From: Leucoraja erinacea
Taxonomy: Eukaryota
NCBI RefSeq assembly: GCF_028641065.1
Contig: NC_073380.1
Span: 93,806,001 to 93,870,000, forward strand
Direction of reading: 5' to 3'
DNA: 64,000 bases
Below, piece by piece: positions 46,790 to 60,125 of the stretch. The notes below the pieces were generated by a model that saw only the letters and a list, made by a program, of their open reading frames with translations, was not told where the DNA came from and made no database searches. Each line of letters starts with the position of its first letter. Positions within the stretch are counted from its first letter, which is position 1. Position numbers and translations under genes: made by a program.

Positions 46790-47145
46790 TCCTCTAATTC
46801 TAATATACAAGCATTGCAACCCTCGTATTCCTCCAGGGAATATGTGATCCCAGCTGCCTGCACACAACCCATTACTCCCTTTTACTGCCCAGAGTCTCAA
46901 TATCTCTTGTCAACCAAAGTTCCTTACTTTTGCTGGCCTTTCCCCTCGCTCTCATTGCTGTTGACTTTAAAATCTTGCCATTCAATTTATTTAAATTTTA
47001 AAAGCTTCCTGGATGACCAAGTGTAGCAAACTCCAGGTCCTTCTTGTGGTCAGTCAGAAGTTGCAACTGGCTACACTGCCCACAGGTGAAGTTCCCAGGG
47101 ATACTGGAAGATTCCCAGTCTTCCTCATCCTGGAGGAGGAATACT
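46790..47145 (-). mobile_element. CR1 ORF1-region remnant
   Basis: WESSSIPGNFTCGQCSQLQLLTDH resembles the CR1 ORF1 zinc-finger/leucine-zipper. Confidence 0.55.
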
Positions 47146-47250
47146 ATGAAATAATTTATAATGTGCTCTTTCAAATTTGCAACCACAATGACAGCAAGAT
47201 AGTTGAACATTCAGAGGAAGCAGGCAAAAGCAGGTTCATAGCACTTCTGA

Positions 47251-47536
47251 GGTAGACAAAAATGCTGGAGAAACTCAGCGGGTGAGGCAGCATCCATGGA
47301 GCGAAGGAAATAGTCAACGTTTAGGCTCCTCCTGATTTTCCCTTTTCTTGTCCCCACCCACCCCCACCCCCGATCAGTCTGAAGAAGGGTTTCGGCCCAA
47401 AACGTTGCCTATTTCCTTCGCTCCATAGATGCTGCTGCACTCGCGTTTCTCCAGCTTCTTTGTGTAACCTTCGGGTCGATACCCTTCTTCAGATTCATTC
47501 GATTTTCAGCATCTGCAGTTCCTTCTTAAACATCAT
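47251..47536. mobile_element. Penelope-derived element, inverted pair, 8-bp TSD
   Basis: Inverted arms about 47251-47322 and 47400-47470; ACTTCTGA at 47243-47250 and 47537-47544; CTGAAGA at 47379. Confidence 0.8.
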
Positions 47537-47764
47537 ACTTCTGAATTTGATTGTTTAAAAAAATTCTGAATGATTGACTAGATCAGCAGATTCCAGGCAG
47601 AGCCAGATTTGCCTGCATGTGATCATAGATTTTGTTTCTTATAACTCATCTTCACACAGTACTGATGCTGTATGGTGCTTAAGGTGCAAAGGAACTAGGC
47701 TTTAATTGTTAGGAAAGTAACCATAATGAGATGGCTGACCTGACTTGTTAGGTTGATTTGGCTA

Positions 47765-49175
47765 TTAGGTTTAAGATATTTATAGATAAAGACAGGGCAG
47801 GCAACATTATAATTCTAAATTAAGGCAAGACAAAATTTGAAGGTATTATATAAGAACATTAAGGTAATCCCAAGAGATTTTATGTACATTAAGGGAAAAG
47901 GGTAACCAGGGAGAGAATAGGGAGCCTCAGGAGTCAAAGTAGTCGACTGAGTGGAGACACAGGAGATGGGCGAGGTGCTAAATGAGTGTTCCCCAGAATT
48001 TCAAAATCCTTTGTGCGCACATTGATTTCTCTGTGCGCTAGTTTCAAAAATTGTGTGTGTGTGCGCCCACACGCACAGCTTAGAGGGAACATTGCCTGCG
48101 AGTCATTATTAAATATGGGTGAGGTTCTGGAAGATGGCAAATGTCGTGCCTCCATTTAAGAAGGGCTGCAGGGAAAAGCCTGGGAACCATAGGCCTGTGT
48201 GTCCAACATCTGTGGTCAGAAAATTACTTGTATTTAGGATAAGATATACATGCATTTTAATGGCCTTGGGTTGAATAGGGATAGTCAGCATGGTTTTGTA
48301 TGTGGGAGATCATGTCTTATGAATCTGAGAGGTTATTGAAGATGTGATCAAAAAGGTTGATAGGGGCAGAGCTGTTGACATAAGAGCTGTCTGAAGGGTC
48401 TCGACCTGAAACATCACCTGTTCCTTCTCTCCAGAAATGCGGCCTGTCCCGCTGAGTTACTCCAGCAATTTGTGTCTATCTTCGATTTAAACCAGCATCT
48501 GTAGTTCCTTTGTACACAGAACTGTTGACATTTTATATATGAATTTTAGCAAGACATTTGACAAGGTTTGGCATGGTACGGTGCTGTGGAAGGCTAGTCG
48601 TATGAGATCCAAGGAGATCAAGCCGTCCGAATAGAAAATTGGCTTCATGAAAGGACGCAGAGGGTGATGGTGGAAGATTGTTTTCCGCACTGGAGGCCTG
48701 CAACTAATGGTGTGCCTTAGTGTTTGGTGCTGTGCCCATTGCTGTTTGTCATATATCATTATCAATAATTAAGATGAGAACGTACAAGGAAGTACAATAA
48801 TTAAGATGAGAACAAACAAAATTAACAATTTTGCAGATGGCGTTAAAGTGTGTGGTTTGGAGATAGTAAAGGTGGTTTGCAAAAATTCCAGCAGGATCGT
48901 GATTAATTGGGCTGATGGACTGAGGAATAGTTAATGGAGTTTCATGCAAAAAAAGCAAGGTGTTGCATTTTGTGAAGTCAAATCTGGGCAGGACAGGGCT
49001 CTGGGGAATGATGTAGAGCATAGGGATCTAGGAGAGCAGGTCCATGGAAAGGAAAGGTTTGGAGGGATATGTGCCAGGTGCAGGCAAGTTGGACTAGTGT
49101 AATTCAAAGTAAATGGGGCAAGTTGGTCTGCGTGGGCAAGTTGGCCCGAAAGCCTTGTTTCTACACTGTGTGACT
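47765..49175 (+). mobile_element. Internally deleted CR1 with nested MITE (about 47985-48094) and Penelope-derived repeat
   Basis: WKMANVVPPFKKGCREKPGNHRP, SQHGFV, MNFSKTFDKV; 3' tail near 49170. Confidence 0.8.
48389..48517 (+). mobile_element. Penelope-derived short repeat in CR1
   Basis: gtctgaagggtctcgacctgaaacatcacc...; flanked by aga(g/a)ctgttgacat duplication. Confidence 0.75.
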
Positions 49176-49922
49176 ATTTCCTAGTAGTTTCTGACCTTGA
49201 ATTAAAATTAAATATCGGGCAGATCAAAAAAAACATTGATTAATAGGAAGGGGAAACATCATGGCTATATTCTTAATTTGTAATGTAGAACAATATTTTA
49301 AAAATGATTTCATGTAAATAATTTGGCACAGTTAAATCTCGAAAACCGAAACTCAGATTTTGCCTCAACGCAGTTCCCTGGAGAAGCAAGTTGTGACATT
49401 TTCCAATTTTCACATGCCTGTCACAACAAGCATGTCCAACAAGCGCAAAATCAGGGGGCCTGGTGCCCTAGGGTTGTTAGTGCCGAGGGAAATAAGCCAT
49501 ATTACTGCTTGACATGCTGCATTCCAGACATACAAAAGAAATACATTGTGTAGATAATGCAATCCACAAAAAAACCTCCAATAATGTGCAGCATTTTCAC
49601 TGGTTTGATTTACGGCTCTAGTTGAGAGCAGATGGTTAATAATTCAGTCATCAGAAGTGCTGGCTCCTGGGATGCAGAACCTGTCTTCTCTCAGCATGCA
49701 AATACTACTGTCCAACAGTGCACCAGTTTCACAGAGCAAACATTTTTCATACCAATAAAGGAAAACAAGGTCACTGAATGCAAACTTCATGCATGGATAC
49801 TTAGTTTTGGAAAAGGGCACCATTCTTGTACAAATTTAACAATTGGATAGAAATCACATTAGCTTGGATAGAAATATTACTGAATTAAAGTAAATGTTCA
49901 CAATGGTTTCAAACCATTGTGA

Positions 49923-49972
49923 CTGGAGAAGGAATGGGTGACGTTTCCGATCGAGACCCTTCTTCAGACTGA
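49923..49972 (-). mobile_element. Penelope-derived fragment with hammerhead core
   Basis: Minus strand tcagtCTGAAGAagggtctcgatcgGAAACGTCac. Confidence 0.7.
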
Positions 49973-49989
49973 TGTACAGTACCCACTGT

Positions 49990-50470
49990 ACTCACTTCTA
50001 CCCCAACTCAAATTTCTGGTACATTGTTGATGTCTTTCATCATGAAGACTGTTGCGAAAAACATATTCAGTTAATTTGCCATTCCAGATCTGCACATCAC
50101 AATTGCCCTTTCCCTAGTGGGCTCGACCACAGACTACTCCAAGAAGCCATCTCGCAGATATTCTTCAAATTCCTTCTCTTGGAATCGTACCAACCTCACT
50201 TTCCCAGTTGACTGGCATATTAAAATTCCCCCATGAGCACTGTAATACTCTTTCTTACATGGATTTTTTATTTCCTGATGTAATGTGTGCCCTACACCCT
50301 GACTACTATTCAGAGGACGGTATATAACTCCCATCAGGGTCTTTTCATTCTTGCAGTTTCTTAACTTTACCCACAAGGATTCTACATCTTCTGATCCTAT
50401 GTCGTTTCTTGGTAAGGATTGGATTTCATTCCTCATCAACTGAGTCATTTCAGCCCGTCTGCCCACATAG
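49990..50470 (-). mobile_element. CR1 AP-endonuclease region remnant
   Basis: DIGSEDVESLWVKLRNCKNEKTLMGVIYRPLNS. Confidence 0.75.
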
Positions 50471-50948
50471 GCTCATTTTGATCTGTATCCCAAGAACTAG
50501 GCTTTAATAGCTTTAAAGAAAAGTGGCTTTCAGGAGGGCAAAAATGAAAACCCATTTAGAAGATAAAAAAAAGGCTTAGCAGAGTACTCACATTTTTGTT
50601 CTTTTAAATTTTCTTTTATTAAAATGGGATCTAAATACAGTACACCAATGAAATACAAAATTGGACAAACATCAGAACTATTCCCCCGGGTTTCAAATAA
50701 TCCTAGTACAATTTTAATGCTGCTCAGCAATTTTAACTAAGAATAAGAGCTTAAAAATATTAAGGATCTCTACTGAGTTAGCTGAAAGTATTTAACAATA
50801 AATCATTCATTATTAATAACACGGTGACTATTGAATATCCACCGCACCTTGGGCTGCATCTTAGTTTAGGGCGATAAATAAACCACCAGAAAAATATTGC
50901 AAGAGATACCATCCTGAAAATACAGCAAAAAGAACCTGACAATGTTGA

Positions 50949-51812
50949 TACCATGATAGTAGCTTATGACACTAAACCTGGCAGTGGAGGAGTGCGTTTG
51001 GCGCCGAAACTTTCAGCTTCTCATTGAACCTGGAGCAGATTAAACACAAGTTCAAAGATAGCATTAATTTTAAGAGGAATGGAAGAGATTGGAAACAGAA
51101 ACTTTAATTCTTAGTAAATGACAAAAGAGGAAGGGAAAAGTTGCAGATTCCAGCTGGGGGCTGCGGGCGGCACCGGTTGTAGCTCCAACCCCGGCAACTC
51201 TACCCCTGGTTTCTCCCACAGTGCAGCCCCAGCTCTGCAGTACCAGCCGGTGACCTTACGGGTTCGCTGTGCCCCAGGGCGAGGCTAACATTGGGAGCTG
51301 TCTGTACGGGGTTGGATTTGGAGCGCCTCGCAGCCAGGGGTAGAGTTGCCGGGGTCGGAGCTCCAACCGGCGCCGCCCGCGGCTGGACGGAGCCCCCAGC
51401 TCCGCGATGTTGGGAGTCGCCGACCAGGTAGGGGACTAAGAATTAAAGTTTCCCCCTTCACCCACCCACCACATAAAATCCCTCCAAACTAACTGACTAA
51501 CATTTATGCAATGATTCCCCGGTCAGGTCCAGATTTCAGTTAACCTAATCTACGCTGGTAAATGTTCCATTCGAAATCCGAAAATGTCCGAAAACAAGTT
51601 GTCCCCAAGGAGTTCGGATAAAAGGTTGTGCACCTGTACCATGATAGTAGCTAATGACCCTAAACCTGGCAGTGGAGGAGTGAACTTTCAGCTTCTCATT
51701 GAACCTGGAGCAGATTAAACACATGTTCAAAGATAGCATTAATTTCTAAGAGGAATGGAAGAGATTGGGAACAGAGAACCAGTAAATGACAAAAGAAGAA
51801 AAAAGTTGCAGA
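50949..51812. repeat. Direct duplication (50949-51147 / 51637-51812) around a truncated Tc1-mariner-type element (51148-51636)
   Basis: Both copies start TAccatgatagtagct and end aaagttgcaga; insert ends cggataaaaggttgtgcacctg|TA. Confidence 0.8.
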
Positions 51813-51827
51813 CAAGGTTGCAGACAA

Positions 51828-52133
51828 GGGTGGCACAGCGGTAACGTTTCCACCACAGTGTTTGCAGTGCCGGTGACCCGAGTTCGATCCCGACTATGGG
51901 TGCTGTCTGTATGGAGTTTGTACGTTCTCCCCATGACCACGGTTTTCTGAGAGATCTTCAGTTTCCTCCCACACTCCAAAGACATACAGGTATTTCAGTA
52001 AATTGGCTTGGTAAATGTAAAAATTGTCCCTGGAGTGTGTAGGATAGTGTTACTATGCAGGGATCGTTGGTCAGCGCAGACCTGGTGGGCTGAAGGGCCT
52101 GTTCCCGCGCTGTATCTCTAAAACTAAACTAAA
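51828..52133 (+). mobile_element. V-SINE (HE1-like)
   Basis: ggcacagcggta, B-box agttcgatccc, V-domain, tail ctgtatctctaaaactaaactaaa. Confidence 0.85.
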
Positions 52134-53216
52134 CAATTCCACATTTGCATCTTTTGTTCTTTAAATGTTTTAAACATTAAAACTATTAACAATTATGAGA
52201 TGTCTGCATTAAAATTCCTTGACATTTGATTCAGCCTGGGGCTGTGCCTTCACCAGTTGTCACATGCACTTGTGAAATTTATGATCTGTGGGGCCCAGAG
52301 TTGCTCACAGTTCCTGTTACATCCATGTTCCTTGAGGAAGTTTACATCCCAGGATCCATTCAACACAAAACGTAGATGAGGGAATTCTAGGCTACACAAC
52401 CAGAAACTGTATCAGTTTTTTTTTTTCAAATCTAAAAGTTACCTAGAGAATTGCAGTTGCATATACAGGTGGTTCTGCTATTACGCACGTTTCCATTACG
52501 TGAATTGATCTTGTAGGAAAAATAACTACTATTGAAAGCCTGAAAAGCCCCAGCGCCCAATTTATTTTTCTCATTGGCACAATTATTTTTATAACACTAT
52601 TTTATATCACTGAATTTTCTTATAGGAGACCTACCTGAAAATGGGAAACAGTGAAGACCATTTTATTGGCTACCAACACTGAGGATTGGAAAAACAGATG
52701 CAATGAATCACATTAACAATGAAATTAAAAGCATCAATGGTTCAGAAAAATTACCCAACATAATATAGTTGGAGAAAGTTACACAAAAATAATTTCAGAA
52801 TTTGATGATTTGTCAAAGGATGAAAATATTCTGTCAAAAGAAGGTTGCTGCAATACTAAATGAAAGTTTATTTCCACAGTATAAATCAAATTATCGCCTA
52901 CAAATGTATTTCAGATCCAGGCATTGGAAAGCCCTTAAACGCAAGGAGGACCTTAAAGACAACCATAAGCAATCATATCTTTAAAGTAGCTATCAAAGCT
53001 TTTCATAAATTCTGATTCTAGATATTTAATATACCATATAACTATGAAGGATGATGACTGTGACAATATATGGGAAGACCTCAAGCAAATACCACAGAGT
53101 GGAATGCATGGCATTAAACCACTCCACAGCCACCTGTCACAGTCAGACATATCACATAACTAAATACGCATTCAGGAGAGTCAAGAACAGAAATCTAGGC
53201 TGACATTCCAGTGCAA

Positions 53217-53890
53217 TATAACCATATAACATAACAATTACAGCACGGAAACAGGCCATCACGGCCCTTCAAGTCTGTGCCGAACACTTACTCTCACCTA
53301 GTCCCATCTACCTGCACTCACACCATAACCCTCCATTGCTTTCCCGTCCATATACCTATCCAATTTACTTTTAAATGATAAAATCAAACCTGCCTCCACC
53401 ACTTCCACTGGAAGCTCATTCCACACAGCTACCACTCTCTGAATAAAGAAGTTCCCCCTCATGTTACCCCTAAACTTTTGTCCCTTAATTCTCAAATCAT
53501 GTCCTCTTCTTTGAATCTTCCCTACTCTCAATGGAAAAAGCTTATCCACATCAACTCTGCCTATCCCTCTCATCACTTTAAAGACCTCTATCAAGTTCCC
53601 CCTTAACCTTCTGCGCTCCAAAGAATAAAGACCTATCTTGTTCAACCTTTCTCTGTAACTTAGGTGCTGAAACCCAGGCAACATTCTAGTAAATCTCTTC
53701 TGTACTCTCTCTACTTTGTTGACATCTTTCCTATAATTCCTATAATTTGGCGACCAGAATTGTACACTATATTCCAGAATTGGCCTCACCAATGCCTTGT
53801 ACAATTTTTACATTACATCCCAATTTCTATACTCAATGCTCTGATTTATAAAGGCCAGCACACCAAACGTTTTCTTTACTACCCTATCTA
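53217..53890 (-). mobile_element. Young CR1 3' fragment
   Basis: ORF 53298-53804 YKALVRPILEYSVQFWSP...LYSLERRRLRGNLIEVFK. Confidence 0.92.
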
Positions 53891-54294
53891 CATACAGTTA
53901 TCCACCATTACTCTCTGGTATCTCCCATTCAGCCACTGTTGAATACATCTTGCTACTCCACTATTAATACCCAACAATTGGGGAAGTCATGAGGACTTTG
54001 GAGAATATCAAGAGGGCATTACACTTTTGAAGCCTTTCAAGGATTAAAAAGATTTGGCTACATTATTTTAACAGTGAACCTATTTACAGGATGTCACCCA
54101 GTGGGTTGAATGTGGGAAAAAGATATGACTCATAGAAAAATAAGTTATTTTAATCAGGAAACAACACCCATTTGAGAGGAAACACAGTACAGTAACTTTA
54201 GCAGCAATTTCTCCAGAATACATGGTCATAAAATCCATCTCAGCCAGTCAAAGCAGTGGGGTCTCCAGGCTTGATTGACAGTGCAATGGAAACC

Positions 54295-54478
54295 CATGGA
54301 CTATCTTTAATTGGATTTTACTGGCTTTATCTTGCACAAAACGTTATTCTCTTTATCATGTATCTGTACACCGTGAATGGCTCACTTGTAATCATGATTT
54401 GTCTTTCTGCTGACTGGTTAGCACGCTACAAAAGCTTTACATTGTATCTCAGTATACATGACAATAAATAATCTAAAC
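54295..54478 (+). mobile_element. Rex1-type 3' UTR fragment
   Basis: Matches the reverse complement of about 62095-62255. Confidence 0.65.
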
Positions 54479-54689
54479 CAATTGGCCGATCCAGGTGGCT
54501 ATCACAATATTCAGCCTATTTTGTTATATTGATAACTAAGAGTTGTCCTCCCTTCCTAACCAATATTTGTTCTTCAATCAAGATCCAAGAACTGATTGTG
54601 TATATTGCTCTGAATGAGAGCTTGGTGTGCATTAATTGTCTGTCATATTTCCTACACTGCAAATACTTAAAAAATGCCACTGATAGAAG

Positions 54690-55415
54690 TAGAAACATAG
54701 AAAATAAGTGCAGGAGTAGGCCATTCGGCCCTTAGAGCCTTCACCGCCATTCAATATGATCATGGCTGATCATCCAACTCAGTATCCTGTAGCTGCCTTC
54801 TCTCCATACCCCCTGATCCCTTTAGCCACAAGGGCCACATCTAACTCCCTCTTCAATATAGTCAATGAACTGGCCTCAACTACCTTCTGTGGCATAGTTC
54901 CAGAGATTCGCCACTCTCTGTGTGAAAAAGGTTTTTCTCATCTCGGCCCTAAAGGATTTCCCCTCTATTTAAGCTGTGACCCCTTGTCCTGGACTTCCCC
55001 AACATCGGGAACAATGTTCCTGCATCTAGCCTGTCCAACCCCTTAAGAATTGTGTAAGTTTCTATAAGATCCCCCCTCAATCTCCTAAATTCTAGCGAGT
55101 ACAAGCCTAGTCTATCCAGTCTTTCTTCATATGAAAGTCCTGACATCCCAGGAATCAGTCTGGTGAACCTTCTCTGCACTCCCTCTATGGCAATAATGTC
55201 CTTCCTCAGATTTGGAGACCAAAACTGTACACAATACTCCAGGTGTGGTCTCACCAAGACCCTGTACAACTACAGTAGAACCTACCTGCTCCTATACTCA
55301 AATCCTTTTGCTGTGAATGCTAACATACCATTTGCTTTCTTCACTGCCTGCTGCACCTGCATGCTTACTTTCAATGACTGGTGTACCATGACACCCAGGT
55401 CTCGTTGCATCTCCC
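54690..55415 (-). mobile_element. CR1 3' fragment
   Basis: YRVLVRPHLEYCVQFWSPNLRKDIIAIEGVQRRFTRLIPG. Confidence 0.92.
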
Positions 55416-57199
55416 ATATGTTCCATAGTGCGATATAAACCTCTGCCTTTCACAATAAAGGTGCAATATAAACCTCTGCCTTTCACAACATTAATCACAA
55501 CTACAGATCACGAATTGCAGATTTAGAATATCTACATGCAAAACATTTTGGTGCCAATATATTCCAGCTCAATTCACATTCCATTTAACATGAAGTGGGG
55601 TAAATGGCAATATTGACTCAAATGGGCTGCTGATGAACAAAGTAATTATGGGAATAATTTAGGAATTATGGAACAAGGTTTGGATAAAAGTGCTAGAAGA
55701 GAGAAAAAAAACCCGAGGAGGATCTTGGAGGCGCATTTTACCTCATACTCATGTCAGATATGCAAATTATGTGCCTAGTACAGCAGAGGGACTCGAGCAT
55801 TTAAGACCTCAATTCAATGATGTTAGTCTGGAAAAGATGCACTTCTCCTGTCAGTGAATTTAGAGGCCTTTGGTAAAGACAGCATTGTTAGCATCAATCC
55901 ACTGCTTTAAAATGTTTACTGTGGGTAGAACATGACTTAGAAGGAAAATAAAGGGCACAGATCACTGCTGCTGGACCTTGAACATTGTCATATTTAAGTT
56001 CTCGATCTTCAAACTCTTCCTTAGATGCCAAAAGCCCCGTGAGTCGTCTTAAGGTATTTCATCATTGTATACCACTTTGAAAAATGGCATCTGTAGTGGC
56101 CATTTGGCCTGTTTTGCATGTCATTGATGATGGCATGTGCCTTTAAATTTTAGACTGCCCGTTATATTGTGGGTGGGATTTATGACATGTTTTTCGGCGT
56201 GTTTGGAGCTTAGATGCTTGCGCAGATGTTTAGTTTTTAGATTAGTTTGGAGAGACCATGGAGAAGGTTAACCCTTGTACCATGTGGGATCATGCGGGCC
56301 ATATGCCAGATCATGCCAGTGTTACGGAGACACGAGGAGTTTTCTAATGTCTAAAGTAATAAGCTGGAGTTCGAAGGTGATTGTAGTAACGAGTCGGAAG
56401 AAACTTGGACATATCTCACAGTTTTCTACCAACAATAAAGCATTTACTCATCAAAAGACTGTGTTTAAGCCATATCTGAGAAGAAGCTCTGAAGGTCTCT
56501 GTGAGTGAGCTTGCATGTGTTTGGAAGACACCCCCTTCAACCATTCTCATCCAAATAGCGGCTAAGGTGCTAATTACCTGAAAGATATGAAAATCTGCCG
56601 CTACAGCATCCGAGATATGGAAAATAGTCAATATTTCCCTGAGACTGGTCCTGATCTTCATTGTCAGACAGCAGCGTGGAACAATGACTGATTGGCAGAG
56701 GACTTGTGTTTTGAAAATGCTAACGATAATGTCTGTTCTTTCATGTGTTTCAGTTAGGGAGTCAATGATGACTTGAAGCCAAACCTTTCAATATGCTCAT
56801 ATGCTAGTGTCATCTGCATAAAGCAGCTTGAACAACAAAAACTGAGATGACTTTGCATCTGGTATTCTCGGTGACAGCTTCCAATTTTATGCTGAAGAAC
56901 GCCTCTACTTCAAAGCTTTCTTTAAATAAAAAATTCCTGGAAAATCATTTCTTCATGGACTACTGATAGATTAGCACAACACAAGTGCTGCAGCAGATGA
57001 AAATCAAAAATACTCAAACTCCCTGACATTATGTTTAATTGTGACTAAAAAAAGATTCTACAAGTTCAAGCTAGGTGTCTGGGATCAGACATTCCCCAAT
57101 GCAATATTCCACCACTCACCCATAGCCCCTAAATGCACTGGCTCAGTTCATTTCCCCTCATCCCCCAGCACTCCCTGGGGGAGCGCTTCAGTCACTTAC

Positions 57200-57705
57200 C
57201 TCGACGGAGATGTGATTTTTCTCCGTGTCGTATCTCCACCCCCCCCCCCTGCAGCCTACAACATGGAGTGGTGCGGCGAGACCTAACCGGAGCTTCAAGC
57301 CGCGGTTGCGGCGCGGAGCCTGGGATCTTTTGCCGAGGATCGCCAGTGTTGGAGCTCCGACTGCGGGGCCAGTGGACTTCAACACCGTGAAGTAGCAGTC
57401 TCCGGTAAGAATCGGCCGACTCGGGAGCTCCATGCCGCGTGTTCCAATCCGTCTCGACGCCGGAGTTTCGATCATCCTGACAAGAGGGCTTGAACAGCGG
57501 AACATCAGCAACGGCCCCAACCACGGATGAAAGAGGAGGAAGATGACTGAATTTTATTGCCTTCCATCACAGTGAGGAATGTTGATTCCATTGTGGATGT
57601 TTTTGTTAAACTTTATTTTATGTGCTATGTGTATTATAACTATATGGTATCTCAAATGTCACTGTACCTTAATTGCTACATGTGACAATTAAATTGAATC
57701 TTGAA
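57200..57705 (+). mobile_element. GC-rich non-autonomous retroposon fragment
   Basis: CpG-rich body then gccttccatcacagtgaggaa (shared with 44672-44692, minus strand) and tail aattaaattgaatcttgaa. Confidence 0.6.
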
Positions 57706-57751
57706 ATGGGTACAGTTCAGAAAAACTCCAAGATTTAAATGTTGGATTTTA

Positions 57752-57810
57752 GAAAACATAGAAAAATAGGTGCAGGAGTAGGCCATTCGGCCCTTCGAGC
57801 CTGCACCGCT
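57752..57810 (-). mobile_element. CR1 3' terminus
   Basis: acatagaaaaataggtgcaggagtaggccattcggcccttcgagcc. Confidence 0.8.
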
Positions 57811-58433
57811 TTTGTGCTTGTTTATTTGTAATATGTAAAAATTGCAGTTCCCTCAAGGATCCAAATAAAAATTTCCCGGACAGCTCAAGATTTTAAAAAT
57901 ACATTTAGAACAATTTTAATAACTACAGTTTTGAACTGATCATAGCTATAAATTAAATAAAGGATGGAAATAAACTCGCTCGTTTGAACTGGCTGAATTA
58001 CTTTTGAGGAGAATGCTAACCAAAAAATTTACAACATTACTTTTTGAAAGTAACAATTTTGAGATATCCAAAGAGAAAGTTGTCCACACAAAAACAGTTT
58101 GTGCTAAATAAAGTCAGAATGTTCTATGTTCACGTTGCAACATGATAAATGCATTCAGAGACCTACAAATTCCATCAACTGTCAAATAAACAACTCATTT
58201 TGTGACAAGGCAGTATCAAGGAGGTAATGTTACAGTTCAATTACAACCTAACAGAACAACTTCTGCTTGGCTCAATTCGTTCCCAAGGCAACCCTTTCAT
58301 TGTCATGCTTACATAAGTGGAGTATTTAATTCCTATTAAAGAATTAGTCTACAAATGTAAATTAAAAAGGAAGTCTACTGGCAAAAATGGTATAATAACA
58401 TAACCTGAGGCAGCATTGTCAATTGCCATCAAC

Positions 58434-58838
58434 ATATAACCATATAACAATTACAGCATGGAAACAGGCCATCTCGACCATTCTAGTCCGTGCCGAACAC
58501 TTATTCTCACCTAGTCCCATCTACCTGCACTCAGACCATAACCCCCCATTCCTTTCCTGTCCATATACCTATCCAATTTATTTTTAAATGATAAAATCGA
58601 ACCTTCTTCCACCAATTCCACTGGAAGCTCATTCCACACAGCTACCAGTCTCTTGAGTAAAGAAGTTCCCCCTCATGTTACCTCTAAACTTTTATCCCTT
58701 AATTCTCAAATCATGTCCTCTTGGTTGAATCTTCCCTACTCTCAATGGAAAAAGCTTATCCATGTCAACTCTGTCTATCCCTCTCATCATTTTAAAGACC
58801 TCTAACAAGTCCCCCCCCTTAACCTTCTGTGCTCCAAA
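58434..58838 (-). mobile_element. Young CR1 3' fragment
   Basis: Very similar to 17719-18125. Confidence 0.9.
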
Positions 58839-60125
58839 CATTTTCTGCAATGTAACTTTTATTTTTAAATTACCAACATGTAAACACATTTGTAGTTATA
58901 ATACATCTGTAAATTAGTTTGCCTCAAATTAATCATTGATACAAGATTATTAAATATTCTTGTCTGTAATAGTCATGTGGTTTTTATTATATATCCATTT
59001 CAAAATGTATCCTTAAACCCCAACTTGCACACACTGGTAAAGAATGACTGAAACGCCAAACTCACCAATCCAGAGCGAGGGAGATTGAAGACTTCAGGGA
59101 AACCAATCAAAACTTCAAAGCCAAGCTAGTAGCCAACTAGCTATATCCTGCAATGGTGGAAGTGGGAAAGGCTGAACAACAAAGCAGCAGTAGGCCAGTC
59201 ACTCGCCTGAAACAATCCTCCAGTGCTGCTACTGTCAGTTTATGAAAAGGAGACAGATGACCCTGCTAAACCTTCTGCACTTACCAGTCTGACTTTAAAT
59301 CATGTATTGGCTACCCAAAAAGGATATATGTGCAGGAGATGAGACTATATGATCCAACCCTTTACCACCGAACCGGCGCAAGGACAGCACACCTCAAAAT
59401 CTTGGCCAACCTAGAGACCTGGATATTGTCCTCCATCTAGCTCTCAGGCAGAGGCAAACACTAGCCAGCCAACAAGTAAATAGCCAACATTTAACGAGGA
59501 AAACTAAATCTTCTACTGTTCAATTTCTTCCATATAATTGAATGGTGATGGCTTTAATTTTTTGTTACTGTACAATTTCAGTTATATGGACACCTCATCC
59601 AAAGTCAACACATCCTTCCTAGCAAAGCTCGATTCATCGAACATATTACATCCTGTTGCATGCAAGTACTGTCATGGAAGGAAAGCAGGTTTAAAATCCA
59701 TTTCAGCAACAGTGCCAAAATAGATAGCAAAGCTTAATAGAAACAAATCTTGTGTTACACAGACATTATATCTCAATCCATAAATTGATTTGGCCAAATT
59801 GCTAACTAAAGACCAAGTTAGAATTATTTCCAAAACAATGACCCAATTAATTATCATAGTGGATCATTTAACTGGCTAACAATACTCGGAAACACAATAA
59901 CAGTATTTGAAGTAGTGCATGAAAAACTTCAATTCTTCTGTAGTTATTTATTATTATTATTATTGATCTCAACCACTACCAAATTAATGTTTATAAACCA
60001 ACATAATATTTACAAATTTCTGCTTTATTTACTCGATATTCCACATGACATCAAGAAAATGTAACCATTCTGGTGGTAAAAACACTGCTTTATTATTGCT
60101 AATGAATGTAATCCTTATTTCAACA

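Noticed and set aside
55428-55488. Tandem 28-bp duplication
   Set aside because: Simple local duplication beside a CR1 truncation point.
56268-56800. piggyBac end (TTAA-CCCTT) or small exon ending at GTGAGT near 56500
   Set aside because: No matching right end found; peptide unrecognisable.
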